Of a DNA stretch of 64,000 bases, positions 18,002-28,084 are shown piece after piece. Location of the stretch: the NCBI GenBank assembly GCA_965602745.1, contig CBFDAB010000001.1, positions 4,211 to 68,210 on the forward strand. The letters run 5' to 3'. This DNA is from an uncultured Campylobacterales bacterium. Lineage in GTDB: Bacteria > Campylobacterota > Campylobacteria > Campylobacterales > Sulfurimonadaceae. Below the pieces are notes generated by a model. That model was not told the origin of the DNA. It did no database searches and saw nothing but the letters and a program-made list of their open reading frames with translations. How positions within the stretch are numbered: position 1 is the stretch's first letter; every line of letters starts with the position of its first letter. A program made the translations under genes and the position numbers.

Positions 18002-20521
18002 ATGTTAAACCTACCCATATCCCAAGTCCTGCCACAACTCAAAAAAGAGCTTCTGTCTCATAAGCGTCTTGTACTGCAAGCCCCACCGGGAGCAGGAAAG
18101 ACCACGGCTCTGCCTCTTTCTCTCTTAGATGAACCCTGGTTAGAAGGCAAAAAGATCATAATGCTTGAACCGCGTCGTTTGGCTGTGCGTTCTTCTGCGG
18201 CAAGAATGGCGGAACTTTTGGGAGAGAAGGTCGGTGAGAGTGTCGGTTATCAGATTAAGATGGAGTCTGTACAGAGTAAGAAGACGAGGATCTTGATCGT
18301 TACAGAAGGTATCTTGACCCGAAAACTTCAGGCTGATCCCTCTTTAGAAGAGTTTGCCCTTGTTATCTTTGACGAGTTTCATGAGAGAAGTATTCATGCT
18401 GATCTCTCTTTGGCGCTGTGCCTTGAGTCTCAGTCTCTTATTCGTGAAGAGCTGAGACTTCTTGTGATGTCGGCCACTCTTAACACCTTGGCTATCTCAG
18501 CTCTTTTAGAAGATGCTCCCATTATAAAAAGCGAGGGACGTTCTTATCCAATAGAAGATATTTACCTAGATGCAAAGATTCCTCAGCCCAAGAAAAAAGA
18601 GCTTCCTGTTTTTATTAACAATCTTTTGAAGAAGCTTATAAAAGAGGAAGAGGGAAATATACTTGTTTTTTTACCCGGAGTCTCTGAGATAAAGAAGCTC
18701 GAATCCTTGATAAAGCAGAGCCTGAGCGAGACGAACAGAGATAATATATTTGTCTCAGCCCTTTATGGAAACCTAAGCAAGGAAGAGCAGGATAGAGCAA
18801 TTAAAGCCCCTGAAAAAGGGAGCAGGAAGATTGTTATAAGTACTAACATTGCACAAACAAGCCTAACCATAGAAGGGATTCGAATCGTTATTGATTCAGG
18901 TCTTCAAAACAGCTCTGTTTTTAACAGCAGCTCCGGGATGAACAGACTTGAAAGCTCTTTTATCTCTGAAGATTCTGCCACCCAAAGAGCAGGTCGGGCA
19001 GGACGTTTGTCTGAAGGAAAGGCCTACCACCTCTGGCATAAGGGTAAGATACTTCTAAAACACGACAAGCCTGAGATACTTTCATCTGATCTGACACAGA
19101 TGCTTTTGGAACTCGCATTATGGGGAAGTGATGATATTACAGAACTTCAATGGATGGATCAGCCGAGTCCTCATGCGCTCTCTCATGCCAAAGAGCTTCT
19201 TGTTCAGCTTGGCGCTATAAGTGAGAATGGCAGGATATTAAAGCATGGAAAAAAGATGGCCTCCATCGGTCTGCATCCGCGTCTGGCGCATATGATGATA
19301 AAGGCTCAGCAGATGGATCTGTCATATATGGCTTCTTTGCTCTGTGTGCTTATCAGTGAATAAGATATCTACTAGGCAGGTTTCAGATCCTCAGATTTGC
19401 AAGAGAGGGTCTGTGTCTTGCATGATGTAAACAGGGGAGTGAGTATTAATGCAGGCCACATTGATTTAAAACAGTGCAGGTCTCTTTTGAAAATGGCCAA
19501 GAGACTTGAAAATAAGCTCTCAGATGATATAGATGAACAGATGGTCGGTGTCTTACTGGCTTTTGCCTATCCTGAACGCATTTCTCAAATAAGAGCAGAT
19601 AAGAGCAGTTCTTATCTGCTTAGCAGTGCCAAGGGTGCTTTTTTACATAAAGAAGATGAACTTTTTGCAGGGGAGTATCTAGCTGTTTGCGATTTAGACG
19701 GAAATGCCCAAAATGCGGCTATTTATAAGGCGGCCTCCTTGTCTAAGGAGCAGATAGAAGAGTATTTGGGTGAGATGATAGAAGAGAAAGAGAGCCTGAG
19801 CTGGAATGCAGAGCTTCAAAGAGTAGAAGCGAGAAAGAGAAGGCTTTTGGGAAGTCTTGTCTTAAAAGAGACTCAGATTCAGACCTCCTTAGACAAGGAA
19901 GCTTCTCTTGTTCTGCTGGAGGCTGTTTCTGGACTTGGATTGGATGTTCTGAGCATGGATAAGAACTTTCTCGGACTGAGGCAAAGAGTAAACTTCGTAA
20001 ACAGACATAAAGAGCTTCTCCCTGATGATACTGAGTTTCCGGACTTTGGGGATAAATATCTCTTAGAGACTATGCAAGATTGGCTTCTGCCTTTTTTGGA
20101 GGGGAAAAGCTCTTTAAAGTCTTGTCAAAGTCTAAACCTATATTCTGTTCTCTCATCCATGTTGAGCTGGGAACAGATGCACTCTCTTGACCTTCTGGCC
20201 CCCTCTAAGATAAAGGTGGCCAGCGGTTCAAATATTGTGATAGATTATGCAGATGTGAATAGACCCGTCTTGGCCGTAAGGCTTCAAGAGCTGTTTGGAA
20301 CTGAGGATACTCCATGTCTCTTAAACGGAGCTCTGTCACTGACTCTACACCTTCTCTCTCCTGCACATAGACCCATGCAAGTGACACAAGACCTGAAGAG
20401 TTTTTGGAAAACGACGTATACAGATGTAAAAAAAGAGCTAAGAGGAAAATATAAGAGACATTACTGGCCGGATGACCCATTAAGCGCTCAAGCAACCTCT
20501 AAAACAAAAAAAAATATGTAA
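18002..20521 (+). pseudogene. hrpB: ATP-dependent RNA helicase HrpB, interrupted by two in-frame stop codons
   Basis: The N-terminal part has LQAPPGAGKTT and the DEFH box (IFDEFHERS). The C-terminal part (19397..20521) is in the same frame. TAA at 19361-19363 and TAG at 19373-19375 separate them. The combined length of about 840 codons is what is expected for HrpB. Confidence 0.75.
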
Positions 20522-20559
20522 AAACTATAAAGTGCTATAATACAGAAGCGGAGAATATT

Positions 20560-20919
20560 ATGAGACGGATTGTTTTACTTTTACCTGTATTTCTTTTTTT
20601 AGGATGTGAGAGCATCGGTCTGGGAGGCACGTACCCTTCCATATATAGCAGATACCTTCCTGAATGCGGCTGCGGCGGAATGATGTTTTTGATCAAAAAC
20701 CCCAATCAAAATATGCAATCTGTCACACTGGTGCGAACAAGGACCAGCGGTACGGCTCCTCAAGAACGTAAAGAGATCAAGATCTTACTTCAGCCAAAGA
20801 CAGAAAAAAAACTGGGCTGTTCAGAAATAAACCTGTTTATCTCAAGGAAATCTCCCTATTGCGACAGCCATCAAAGTTTTTATGTGAAAAGATATAAGGA
20901 AGTAAAGCGGAAAAGCTAG
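20560..20919 (+). CDS. hypothetical Cys-containing lipoprotein (119 aa)
   Basis: Lipobox FLGC and internal ECGCGG. No family recognised. Confidence 0.4.
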   Translation: MRRIVLLLPVFLFLGCESIGLGGTYPSIYSRYLPECGCGGMMFLIKNPNQNMQSVTLVRTRTSGTAPQERKEIKILLQPKTEKKLGCSEINLFISRKSPYCDSHQSFYVKRYKEVKRKS

Positions 20920-20994
20920 AAGGTCTTTAGCTCTGTTCTTCACATGCCCTTCACGTTTTTATTGCTACAATCTCGAAAAGAAGAAGGAAACATC

Positions 20995-21381
20995 ATGAAA
21001 ATATTAATTCGAGTTTTAATAAGTCTAATCCTTGGTATATCTCTGCTTCAAGCAGCAGCCTTTGAAAAAGAGCTGAGGTCTGCAACAGTAAAAATTCACT
21101 TATCCTCAGATAAACCTTTGTCAACAGGCTCTAATACCTTAATCCTTACTATCTCTAAAGATGGAAAAACATTTCTAGGAGAAAAGCTAAGCGTAAGAGC
21201 TTTTATGCCGGCAATGCCGGGTATGCCTGCTATGGAGTCTAAGGCAGAGGCTTCGCCTTTGGGAGATGGAAGGTATGAGGTGAAGCTTAATCTTGCAATG
21301 AGCGGGACATGGCAAGTTCATATCTTTATCACACCTGCTGAGGGTAAAAAATCACGTGTGAAGACCTCACTTAACTTCTAA
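20995..21381 (+). CDS. FixH/YtkA-like periplasmic protein
   Basis: Signal peptide starting at MKILIR, a Met-rich loop FMPAMPGMPAMES, and ...GTWQVHIFI typical of FixH-like domains. ATG 20995 with an AAGGAAA RBS is preferred over the longer track ORF. Confidence 0.5.
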   Translation: MKILIRVLISLILGISLLQAAAFEKELRSATVKIHLSSDKPLSTGSNTLILTISKDGKTFLGEKLSVRAFMPAMPGMPAMESKAEASPLGDGRYEVKLNLAMSGTWQVHIFITPAEGKKSRVKTSLNF

Positions 21382-21390
21382 GGCTAGAGT

Positions 21391-22578
21391 ATGACAAGTA
21401 TTACACTGAATTTTTTGATCTTATCTCTTCTCTCTTCCAGTCTGTATGGACTTAGTTTAGATGAGGTAATATCAAAGGCGATAGATGAAAATCCCTCCTT
21501 GGAGTCGATAAGTCAGCGTATTTTGGCAAAACAATCTAATATTGACGCCTCTACTATATTCTCTAACCCTGAACTCTCATATATGCGAAATACTCTAGAT
21601 AAAGATCAAGCTATGAGTCGGCAAACCCTGACTTTAAAACAGAAACTTCCTTATCTTGGAAAACGTGACCGCAGGTATGCAGTCGCACAGGCCCATGAAG
21701 AGGTCTTGAAGGAGAGCTTAGAGAAGGCCAGAGTGGAACTTGTCCTTTCAATAAAAAACCAAGCCTATGCAATATGGGAACTGGAGCAACTCCATAATAT
21801 CATCAGGGAGTATAAAGATCTAACGAAGCAAAACATTGAACTTTTCGAGTCTTATACTTCCACCTCAGGTAATCATCATATGGGAATTATGTCGGCAGAA
21901 CTTACACTTTCTGATCTTCGTATTCAAGAGAGTATGCTAAAAGCGCAGATACACATGGCTTATGCAAAACTCTCTTATCTTGCCTCTTTTGAGATTAAGG
22001 CTTTAGATATTGACTTGGTGATATGGGATATGCCCGAGACTTCTACTCTTCAAGAGGGACTGAGAAATAATCATGATATTTTGCTCAAAGATAAAGAAGT
22101 TAATAAACAAAGGGCTGTGGTAGATAGAGCCGATTTAAGAAACTATCCGGATATTACTCTTCTTGCCGGATACTCGTACAGAGAAAACTTTGATAACTAC
22201 TGGACCTTCGGCCTGGGAATGTCTCTTCCTATTTATGGAAGAGAAGATCATCAAGAACAAGCTGAAAGAAAGCTTCTCCTTTCTAGCCAGAGTCTGAAAG
22301 AAGATACTAAAACAGCTGTGCATACGGAGCTTCAAAGTACTTATGTGCAGATGAAGTCGGCTTATGAGATCTATCATATTATACATGACGAGGCCCTTCC
22401 TCAGATAGAGCATATGTTTGAGTTAACGAACTCTTCTATCTCTACGGGTGGAGACCTCTTTAAGTATATTGAGATCTTGGTGAAAAAACTTAAACTGGAA
22501 CAAAAGAGTATTGCCGCAGTAACAAACTATAGCCGCGCAGAAGCAAAAATAGCAGCACTTTCAGGAGAGATACAATGA
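21391..22578 (+). CDS. TolC-family outer-membrane efflux protein (CusC/CzcC-like)
   Basis: 395 aa with a signal peptide and a two-repeat coiled-coil/beta pattern. It is the first gene of a three-gene RND set and overlaps the next gene by 4 nt. Confidence 0.75.
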   Translation: MTSITLNFLILSLLSSSLYGLSLDEVISKAIDENPSLESISQRILAKQSNIDASTIFSNPELSYMRNTLDKDQAMSRQTLTLKQKLPYLGKRDRRYAVAQAHEEVLKESLEKARVELVLSIKNQAYAIWELEQLHNIIREYKDLTKQNIELFESYTSTSGNHHMGIMSAELTLSDLRIQESMLKAQIHMAYAKLSYLASFEIKALDIDLVIWDMPETSTLQEGLRNNHDILLKDKEVNKQRAVVDRADLRNYPDITLLAGYSYRENFDNYWTFGLGMSLPIYGREDHQEQAERKLLLSSQSLKEDTKTAVHTELQSTYVQMKSAYEIYHIIHDEALPQIEHMFELTNSSISTGGDLFKYIEILVKKLKLEQKSIAAVTNYSRAEAKIAALSGEIQ

Positions 22579-23576
22579 GTCTAATATCTAAGATTTTATT
22601 ATTGAGTATACCCTTACTCTTAATGGCTGAGAAGGTGACGGTTGAACAGCTCTTCAGTGTTCAAACTGTTAAGGTGAAAAGGCAGAGTCTTTCTCAACGT
22701 ATTAAGAATTACGGATACGTCATGACGGATGAGAGTAGGATTTATGATATTTCTCCTCGTTTTGGAGGATATGTCGTAGAGATGTATGCGGATAAGATCT
22801 ATAAAAAAGTAAAAAAAGGCGAGCCTCTTGCCAAGGTATATTCTCCTGAAGTCTTTAAGGCGAAAGATGAATATCTAAATACCTATAAATATACGAAAAA
22901 ACGTCCAAACAAGGGGATGTTGGCTAGTTCCAGACTGAAACTAGAACTTCTCGGCATCACTCAATCTGAGATAGACGAGGTGGTCTCAAGCTCTAAGGCA
23001 GAGCCAAATACTACTATTTACTCTCCCGTAAACGGATATGTTTTTATAAAGGCTATTCAGCAGGGTACGGCATTTAAGGCAAAGCAGAAACTTTTTGAGA
23101 TAGTGAACCTTGACGAGGTCTGGGTAGAAGCTAGACTTTTTGAAGAAGAACGAGAAAGACTGCCAATGATCAAAGGCTATGAGCTGAACTTCAAGGGTCT
23201 GGAAAAGACTTATTATACAAGTAACACTCTCTTATATCCACAACTCGACCCTAAGATCGCGACCCTGAGCCTGCGTCTGCGTGTAAAAAATCCGGATCAT
23301 AAGCTTTTTCCGGGGATGTACGCCAGTGTTATATCTCTAAAAGGTGAGTCTGAGAAGTTAAGCCTTCCTGCTACAGCCATAATCCGAAAAGAGGGAAAAC
23401 ATTATGCCTTTATAGTCGGTGAGTTTAAGGGTGAGTATGAGCCTGTAGAGGTGAATGCAAAATCCCTTGATTCTAAGACATATATCATCCAAGGCGGTCT
23501 AAGTGAAGGGGATGAGGTTGTCAATAATGCTCTCTTTATGATGGACGCAGATGCGCAGATCAATGGCTTATACTAA
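22575..23576 (+). CDS. RND efflux periplasmic adaptor (CusB/CzcB-like)
   Basis: 333 aa, HlyD/MFP-like (…IYSPVNGYV…, …FPGMYASV…). It lies between the OMF and RND pump genes. Confidence 0.8.
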   Translation: MSLISKILLLSIPLLLMAEKVTVEQLFSVQTVKVKRQSLSQRIKNYGYVMTDESRIYDISPRFGGYVVEMYADKIYKKVKKGEPLAKVYSPEVFKAKDEYLNTYKYTKKRPNKGMLASSRLKLELLGITQSEIDEVVSSSKAEPNTTIYSPVNGYVFIKAIQQGTAFKAKQKLFEIVNLDEVWVEARLFEEERERLPMIKGYELNFKGLEKTYYTSNTLLYPQLDPKIATLSLRLRVKNPDHKLFPGMYASVISLKGESEKLSLPATAIIRKEGKHYAFIVGEFKGEYEPVEVNAKSLDSKTYIIQGGLSEGDEVVNNALFMMDADAQINGLY

Positions 23577-23711
23577 TGATACGCAAAATTAGAAAAGCCC
23601 ATTTTTCTACGCCAAGTTTGAGTTCGACTCGGCATCAAGCCCATGCGCAGATAAAGCGCACTCTATATTTATCATCTTTCATTTATCTCTTTTTTGCAAG
23701 GAAGGTGCATA

Positions 23712-26700
23712 ATGATTGAGAAAGTTATAGCATTTAGCATAAAAAACAGGTTTCTCGTCTTGACGGCAAGTCTGTTTTTGATAATGGGATCATACTGGGC
23801 ACTTAAAAACACTCCTCTTGACGCACTTCCAGACCTGTCTCCTCCTCAGGTCATCGTTCAGATAAACTGGGCAGGGCAGTCTCCTGAGATCATTGAGGAC
23901 CAGGGGACATATCCTTTAGTGTCTCAGTTCTTAGCCATTGCGGGTATAGATACGGTTCGAGCTTATTCGACCTATGAGAATGGACTTATCTACATTATCT
24001 TCAAAGAAGGAACCGACCTCTACTGGGCGCGCTCACGTGTACTTGAACAGCTCTCTTCTATACAGTCTCAACTTCCTTCTTCCATGAATATTGCCCTAGG
24101 GCCGGATGCGAGCGGTGTGGGTTGGGTATATGAATATGCCCTTACTTCCAAGACAAAGAACTTAGCCCAACTGCGCACGATTCAAGACTATTATTATAAG
24201 TATGCGCTTATGGGCGTTGAGGGTGTATCTGAAGTCGCATCAATCGGTGGTTTTGTACCGAGCTATCAGGTCAGCGTGAATAATGACAATCTTATCAGAT
24301 ATGACCTCAGCATCAATGATATTGCCCGGGTGCTTAAGGCAAACAATAACGATACGGGCGGACGTATTGTTATAGAAAATGGTTTTGAATGGATGGTTCA
24401 GGCTAAGGGATATGTGCAAGACTTAGACGATATCAGAAAACTTGTTGTAACCGATAAGGCGGGTATTCAAGTCACGCTAGGGGATATTGCAAGAGTCGAG
24501 ATGATACCTGCTGCCCGCCGCGGTATGGCTGATCTAAACGGTGAAGGTGAGGTCGTCGGCGGTATTGTGATGGTTCGATACGGGGAAGATGTATATTCTG
24601 CCATTAAACGTATAGACAAGAAGATGCAAGAGCTAAAGGTCGAAGGAATTGAGGTCACGACGGTATATGACCGATCTTCATTAATAGAAAAAGCGATATC
24701 GACTTTGAAAAACACCCTGATAGAAGAGAGCATCATCGTTGTTCTTATTATTGGTCTGTTTTTAATGCATATACGCTCTTCTTTGATCGTCTTAATCGTA
24801 CTTCCTTTAACTATAGGCTTTACCTTCTTACTGATGAAGAGCTTTGGAGTAGGCTCAAATATTATGTCTTTGGGCGGTATAGCCATAGCCATTGGGACTA
24901 TAGTGGACGCGAGTATAGTGATGATAGAAAATGCCCATAAGTCTTTACACAAGTTTGAGGCCAAAGAGGGACGTATCCCGACAAACGCTGAGCGCATAGA
25001 GATTATCATGAAATCTTCACAGCTTGTTGGACGGCCGATCTTTTTTGCTCTTGCCCTTGTCGTAGTCTCTTTTTTACCTATCTTTTCTCTTTCAGGTCAG
25101 GAGGGTCTGCTTTTTACACCCTTGGCTTATACAAAGACCTTTGCAATGACGGCAGGGGCCTTGCTGTCTGTAACACTGGTTCCCGTCTTAATGGTCTATT
25201 TTGTAAAAGGGAAGATTCTGGCGGAAAACAAAAATCCTCTTAATCGTTTTTTTATCTGGCTCTACCGTCCTGTCCTTATCTATGGGCTGAAACTAAAATA
25301 TCTTGTCATTCCTATTGTGCTTTTGTCTTTGGCTTATACCTATCCTCTATATAAGGGTCTAAAGTGGGAATTTATGCCTATGCTCAATGAGCAGACCTTT
25401 ATGTATATGCCGGTAACACCTTATGGAATCTCTGTAGATCAGTCTAAGGCAATAACACAAAAGACGGATAAGATCATAAAGTCTTTTCCTGAGGTTGAGA
25501 CTGTCTTTGGGAAGGGTGGTCGTGCGACTAGTGCTACAGACCCTGCCCCTCTTGGTATGATAGAGAGCATTATCACCTTTAAGCCGCAAAAAGAGTGGAG
25601 AGAGGGTATGACCTATGATAAGCTCAAACAAGAGATGGAAGATGCTCTTCAAGTTCCCGGTCTTATCAACTCATGGACCTATCCTATTCGCGGACGTATA
25701 GATATGCTCCTAAGCGGTATCCGTACCCCCCTTGGTATCAAGCTCTATGGAAAAGATGCCGAGGGACTACAGAAGTATGCAAAAGAGATAGAGACAAAAC
25801 TTCGAAGCTTTGATAAGACCCTCTCTGTCTTTGCGGATCAGGCCAGTGCGGGATACTACATAGACATAGATATAGACGAGGAAAAACTTCAACGCTATGG
25901 ATTGAAAAAAGATGCCCTTCTTGAGTATACCTCTTTAGCCATTGGAGGGATGAAGGTCTCTACCCTGTATAAGGGCTTGGAACGTTATCCTATTACTCTG
26001 CGCTTAGAAGAGAGCGAAAGACGTTCTTTGGAGAGTATTAAAGATATACAGATCAAAACAAAACTGGGTATCGTTCCGTTTAGCACCTTTGCTGAGGTAA
26101 GATACAGACAGAGTGCTTCAGTGATCAAGTCTGAGATGGCAACTCCTGTGACCTTTATCTATATCACTCCAAAAGATGGAATAAGCGCCACGGCATACAA
26201 AGAAGAGGCTCAAAAACTCCTTGAAGAACTGCACTTCGAGCCGGGGTATTATATAGAGTGGGCAGGACAGTCAGAATACTTAGAGTCTGCAATGGCTAAG
26301 ATCATGTGGATTATTCCTGCTGTGTTTTTATCAATTATGGTCTTGATCTATTTTGCTTTAAGGCAGATGGTACCGACACTTATTGTCTTCTTTACTCTGC
26401 CATTTGCTCTTCTTGGAGGATTGATCTTTATAGATATCTTAGATTTTTCAATGAGCATAGCCGTTATTGTCGGTTTCTTGGCACTCTTGGGAGTTGCGGC
26501 AGAAACAGCCATTGTGATGATCGTTTATCTTCAAGAGTCTGTGGATGAGTCAAAACATATACATAGAGATGGTTTTAATCAAAGGCATCTGTCTCAAGCC
26601 ATATATGAGGGTGCGGTCCAAAGGGTTCGGCCAAAGCTAATGACTGTTTTTTCTATATTGGCCGGACTTGCTCCCATCATGTATATTAACGGGGTGGGGA

Positions 26701-26837
26701 GTGAGGTGATGCAGCGTATCGCCGCACCGATGTTAGGCGGAGTTATTAGCTCGGCTATACTTAGTCTGGTGATTATTCCTATTCTTTTTGAGATATATCA
26801 TATCTATGTTTTAAAGATGCAAGGAGAAGAGATATGA
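23712..26837 (+). CDS. CusA/CzcA-family heavy-metal efflux RND transporter
   Basis: About 1040 aa with 12-TM RND topology. The N-terminus MIEKVIAFSIKNRFLVL is typical of the HME-RND family. ATG 23712 has an AAGGAAGG RBS. Confidence 0.9.
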   Translation: MIEKVIAFSIKNRFLVLTASLFLIMGSYWALKNTPLDALPDLSPPQVIVQINWAGQSPEIIEDQGTYPLVSQFLAIAGIDTVRAYSTYENGLIYIIFKEGTDLYWARSRVLEQLSSIQSQLPSSMNIALGPDASGVGWVYEYALTSKTKNLAQLRTIQDYYYKYALMGVEGVSEVASIGGFVPSYQVSVNNDNLIRYDLSINDIARVLKANNNDTGGRIVIENGFEWMVQAKGYVQDLDDIRKLVVTDKAGIQVTLGDIARVEMIPAARRGMADLNGEGEVVGGIVMVRYGEDVYSAIKRIDKKMQELKVEGIEVTTVYDRSSLIEKAISTLKNTLIEESIIVVLIIGLFLMHIRSSLIVLIVLPLTIGFTFLLMKSFGVGSNIMSLGGIAIAIGTIVDASIVMIENAHKSLHKFEAKEGRIPTNAERIEIIMKSSQLVGRPIFFALALVVVSFLPIFSLSGQEGLLFTPLAYTKTFAMTAGALLSVTLVPVLMVYFVKGKILAENKNPLNRFFIWLYRPVLIYGLKLKYLVIPIVLLSLAYTYPLYKGLKWEFMPMLNEQTFMYMPVTPYGISVDQSKAITQKTDKIIKSFPEVETVFGKGGRATSATDPAPLGMIESIITFKPQKEWREGMTYDKLKQEMEDALQVPGLINSWTYPIRGRIDMLLSGIRTPLGIKLYGKDAEGLQKYAKEIETKLRSFDKTLSVFADQASAGYYIDIDIDEEKLQRYGLKKDALLEYTSLAIGGMKVSTLYKGLERYPITLRLEESERRSLESIKDIQIKTKLGIVPFSTFAEVRYRQSASVIKSEMATPVTFIYITPKDGISATAYKEEAQKLLEELHFEPGYYIEWAGQSEYLESAMAKIMWIIPAVFLSIMVLIYFALRQMVPTLIVFFTLPFALLGGLIFIDILDFSMSIAVIVGFLALLGVAAETAIVMIVYLQESVDESKHIHRDGFNQRHLSQAIYEGAVQRVRPKLMTVFSILAGLAPIMYINGVGSEVMQRIAAPMLGGVISSAILSLVIIPILFEIYHIYVLKMQGEEI

Positions 26838-27178
26838 TAAAAGTAGTTTTGTCAGCATTTCTAACACTCTTTGTTTTAGCCGGATGTACAGATAAAGAAG
26901 ATAAGGGTTCAAAGAGTCCCTCTTCCGGGATGAAGTGTGGATCAGGAAAATGCGGAGCGAATATGCTTGACGGGAACTCTGCTCTGGCTAAAAAGAAGAA
27001 AAATATACTTTCTCAGATGGATGCGAATGATTTACGCAAAGAGTGTGTCATACAAGCAAAGACGACAAAGGGCTTGTATGATTGTGTACGAAACTCTATG
27101 ACGGGGAAGATGAGCCTTAAGTGCGGGAACTCGACTACACAGATGAAATGCAGTTCCGGCAAGTGCGGAGGCAACTAG
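26834..27178 (+). CDS. Cys-rich lipoprotein with repeated (M/L)KC(G/S)xGKCG motifs
   Basis: 114 aa with lipobox LAGC. Motifs present: GMKCGSGKCGANM, SLKCGNS and QMKCSSGKCGGN at the C-terminus. Its start overlaps the RND pump stop (ATGA). Confidence 0.6.
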   Translation: MIKVVLSAFLTLFVLAGCTDKEDKGSKSPSSGMKCGSGKCGANMLDGNSALAKKKKNILSQMDANDLRKECVIQAKTTKGLYDCVRNSMTGKMSLKCGNSTTQMKCSSGKCGGN

Positions 27179-27183
27179 AACTT

Positions 27184-27975
27184 ATGTTGCGTCTTACCCT
27201 TATGCTGGCATTGATGTTTTCTCTGTGCTTTAGTGAGAATAATGAGAGCAAGAGGGATATCCTATATACTAATCTTATAGGTGCGGTTGTGATCACCGCA
27301 TGGGGTGTGGCCAATTGGGATTATGCAAAGGGTAGTCCGCATACAGATGAAGAAAAGTGGTTTGGGAAATCCACGCAGTCTGGAGGAGCGGATAAGTTAG
27401 GGCATTTTTACTCTCCTTATTTTATCGGTTCGGGTCTATCTGGACTCTATGAAAGCTGGGGATATAAAGAAAAAGAGGCGGCATTTTACGGATCTCTCTC
27501 CTCACTCTTTTTGATGAACTATATGGAGATAGGAGATGCCTTTAGCCCTGACCTTGGTTTCTCTTATGAAGATTTTATTATGAATACTCTGGGTGCATTC
27601 AGTTCCTATCTTTTTTACACCAATCCTGAACTTTCTAAAAGGATAGATCTTCGATTAGAGTATATTCCAAGCTTTAACACGGCAGATCTCGTAACAGAGT
27701 ATGAGAGAATGAAGTACCTCATAGCCTTTAAGGCCGAAGGTTTTGAGTTTATCTCAAACCCTTATCTCAAGTATGCAGAGTTACAGTTTGGCTATTACAC
27801 GAGAAATTACAAGGGCGGATACACAGATGAAAGTGAGCGTATTGTTTATATGGGAATCGGTATCAATCTTTCAAGAGTATTAAGAAAAAACTCTTACAAA
27901 AAAACGGCGCACTTTTTAAACTATTATCAGCTTCCCTACACCTATCTGCCTTTTGAAAAGAATTTAAACAGATAA
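27184..27975 (+). CDS. exported protein with DUF2279/YfiM-like motif
   Basis: Signal peptide MLRLTLMLALMFSLCFS. GADKLGHFYSPYF resembles the D-K-x-x-H-F core of YfiM/DUF2279. The C-terminal half is rich in aromatic/alternating beta-like segments. ATG 27184 is preferred over 27121. Confidence 0.4.
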   Translation: MLRLTLMLALMFSLCFSENNESKRDILYTNLIGAVVITAWGVANWDYAKGSPHTDEEKWFGKSTQSGGADKLGHFYSPYFIGSGLSGLYESWGYKEKEAAFYGSLSSLFLMNYMEIGDAFSPDLGFSYEDFIMNTLGAFSSYLFYTNPELSKRIDLRLEYIPSFNTADLVTEYERMKYLIAFKAEGFEFISNPYLKYAELQFGYYTRNYKGGYTDESERIVYMGIGINLSRVLRKNSYKKTAHFLNYYQLPYTYLPFEKNLNR

Positions 27976-28084
27976 AAGCCTCTTAAGTCTACATCATCTT
28001 GTTTTATTAGTAATATTTAACAATAACAATTTAATTAACACAGTAATACAATTGATACATATTTCTATATGATAAGGATATGAT

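Noticed and set aside
23577-23711. 135-nt gap between the adaptor and RND pump genes, with a repeated AAGCCCA and a short GCGC-N7-GCGC hairpin
   Set aside because: The elements are too short to distinguish from chance. This is most simply an intra-operon spacer carrying the pump's RBS.
24467-25009. 180-codon minus-strand ORF inside the RND pump gene. Similar antisense or alternate-frame ORFs occur inside other genes, for example 25359..25652, 30405..30692, 30801..31124, 31536..31733, 9036..9305, 12866..13222, 52421..52770 and 57127..57501.
   Set aside because: Each lies entirely within a long gene that has strong family signatures on the other strand or frame. Their translations are low-complexity or Ser/Arg/Ile-rich with no motifs. 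They are typical shadow ORFs.
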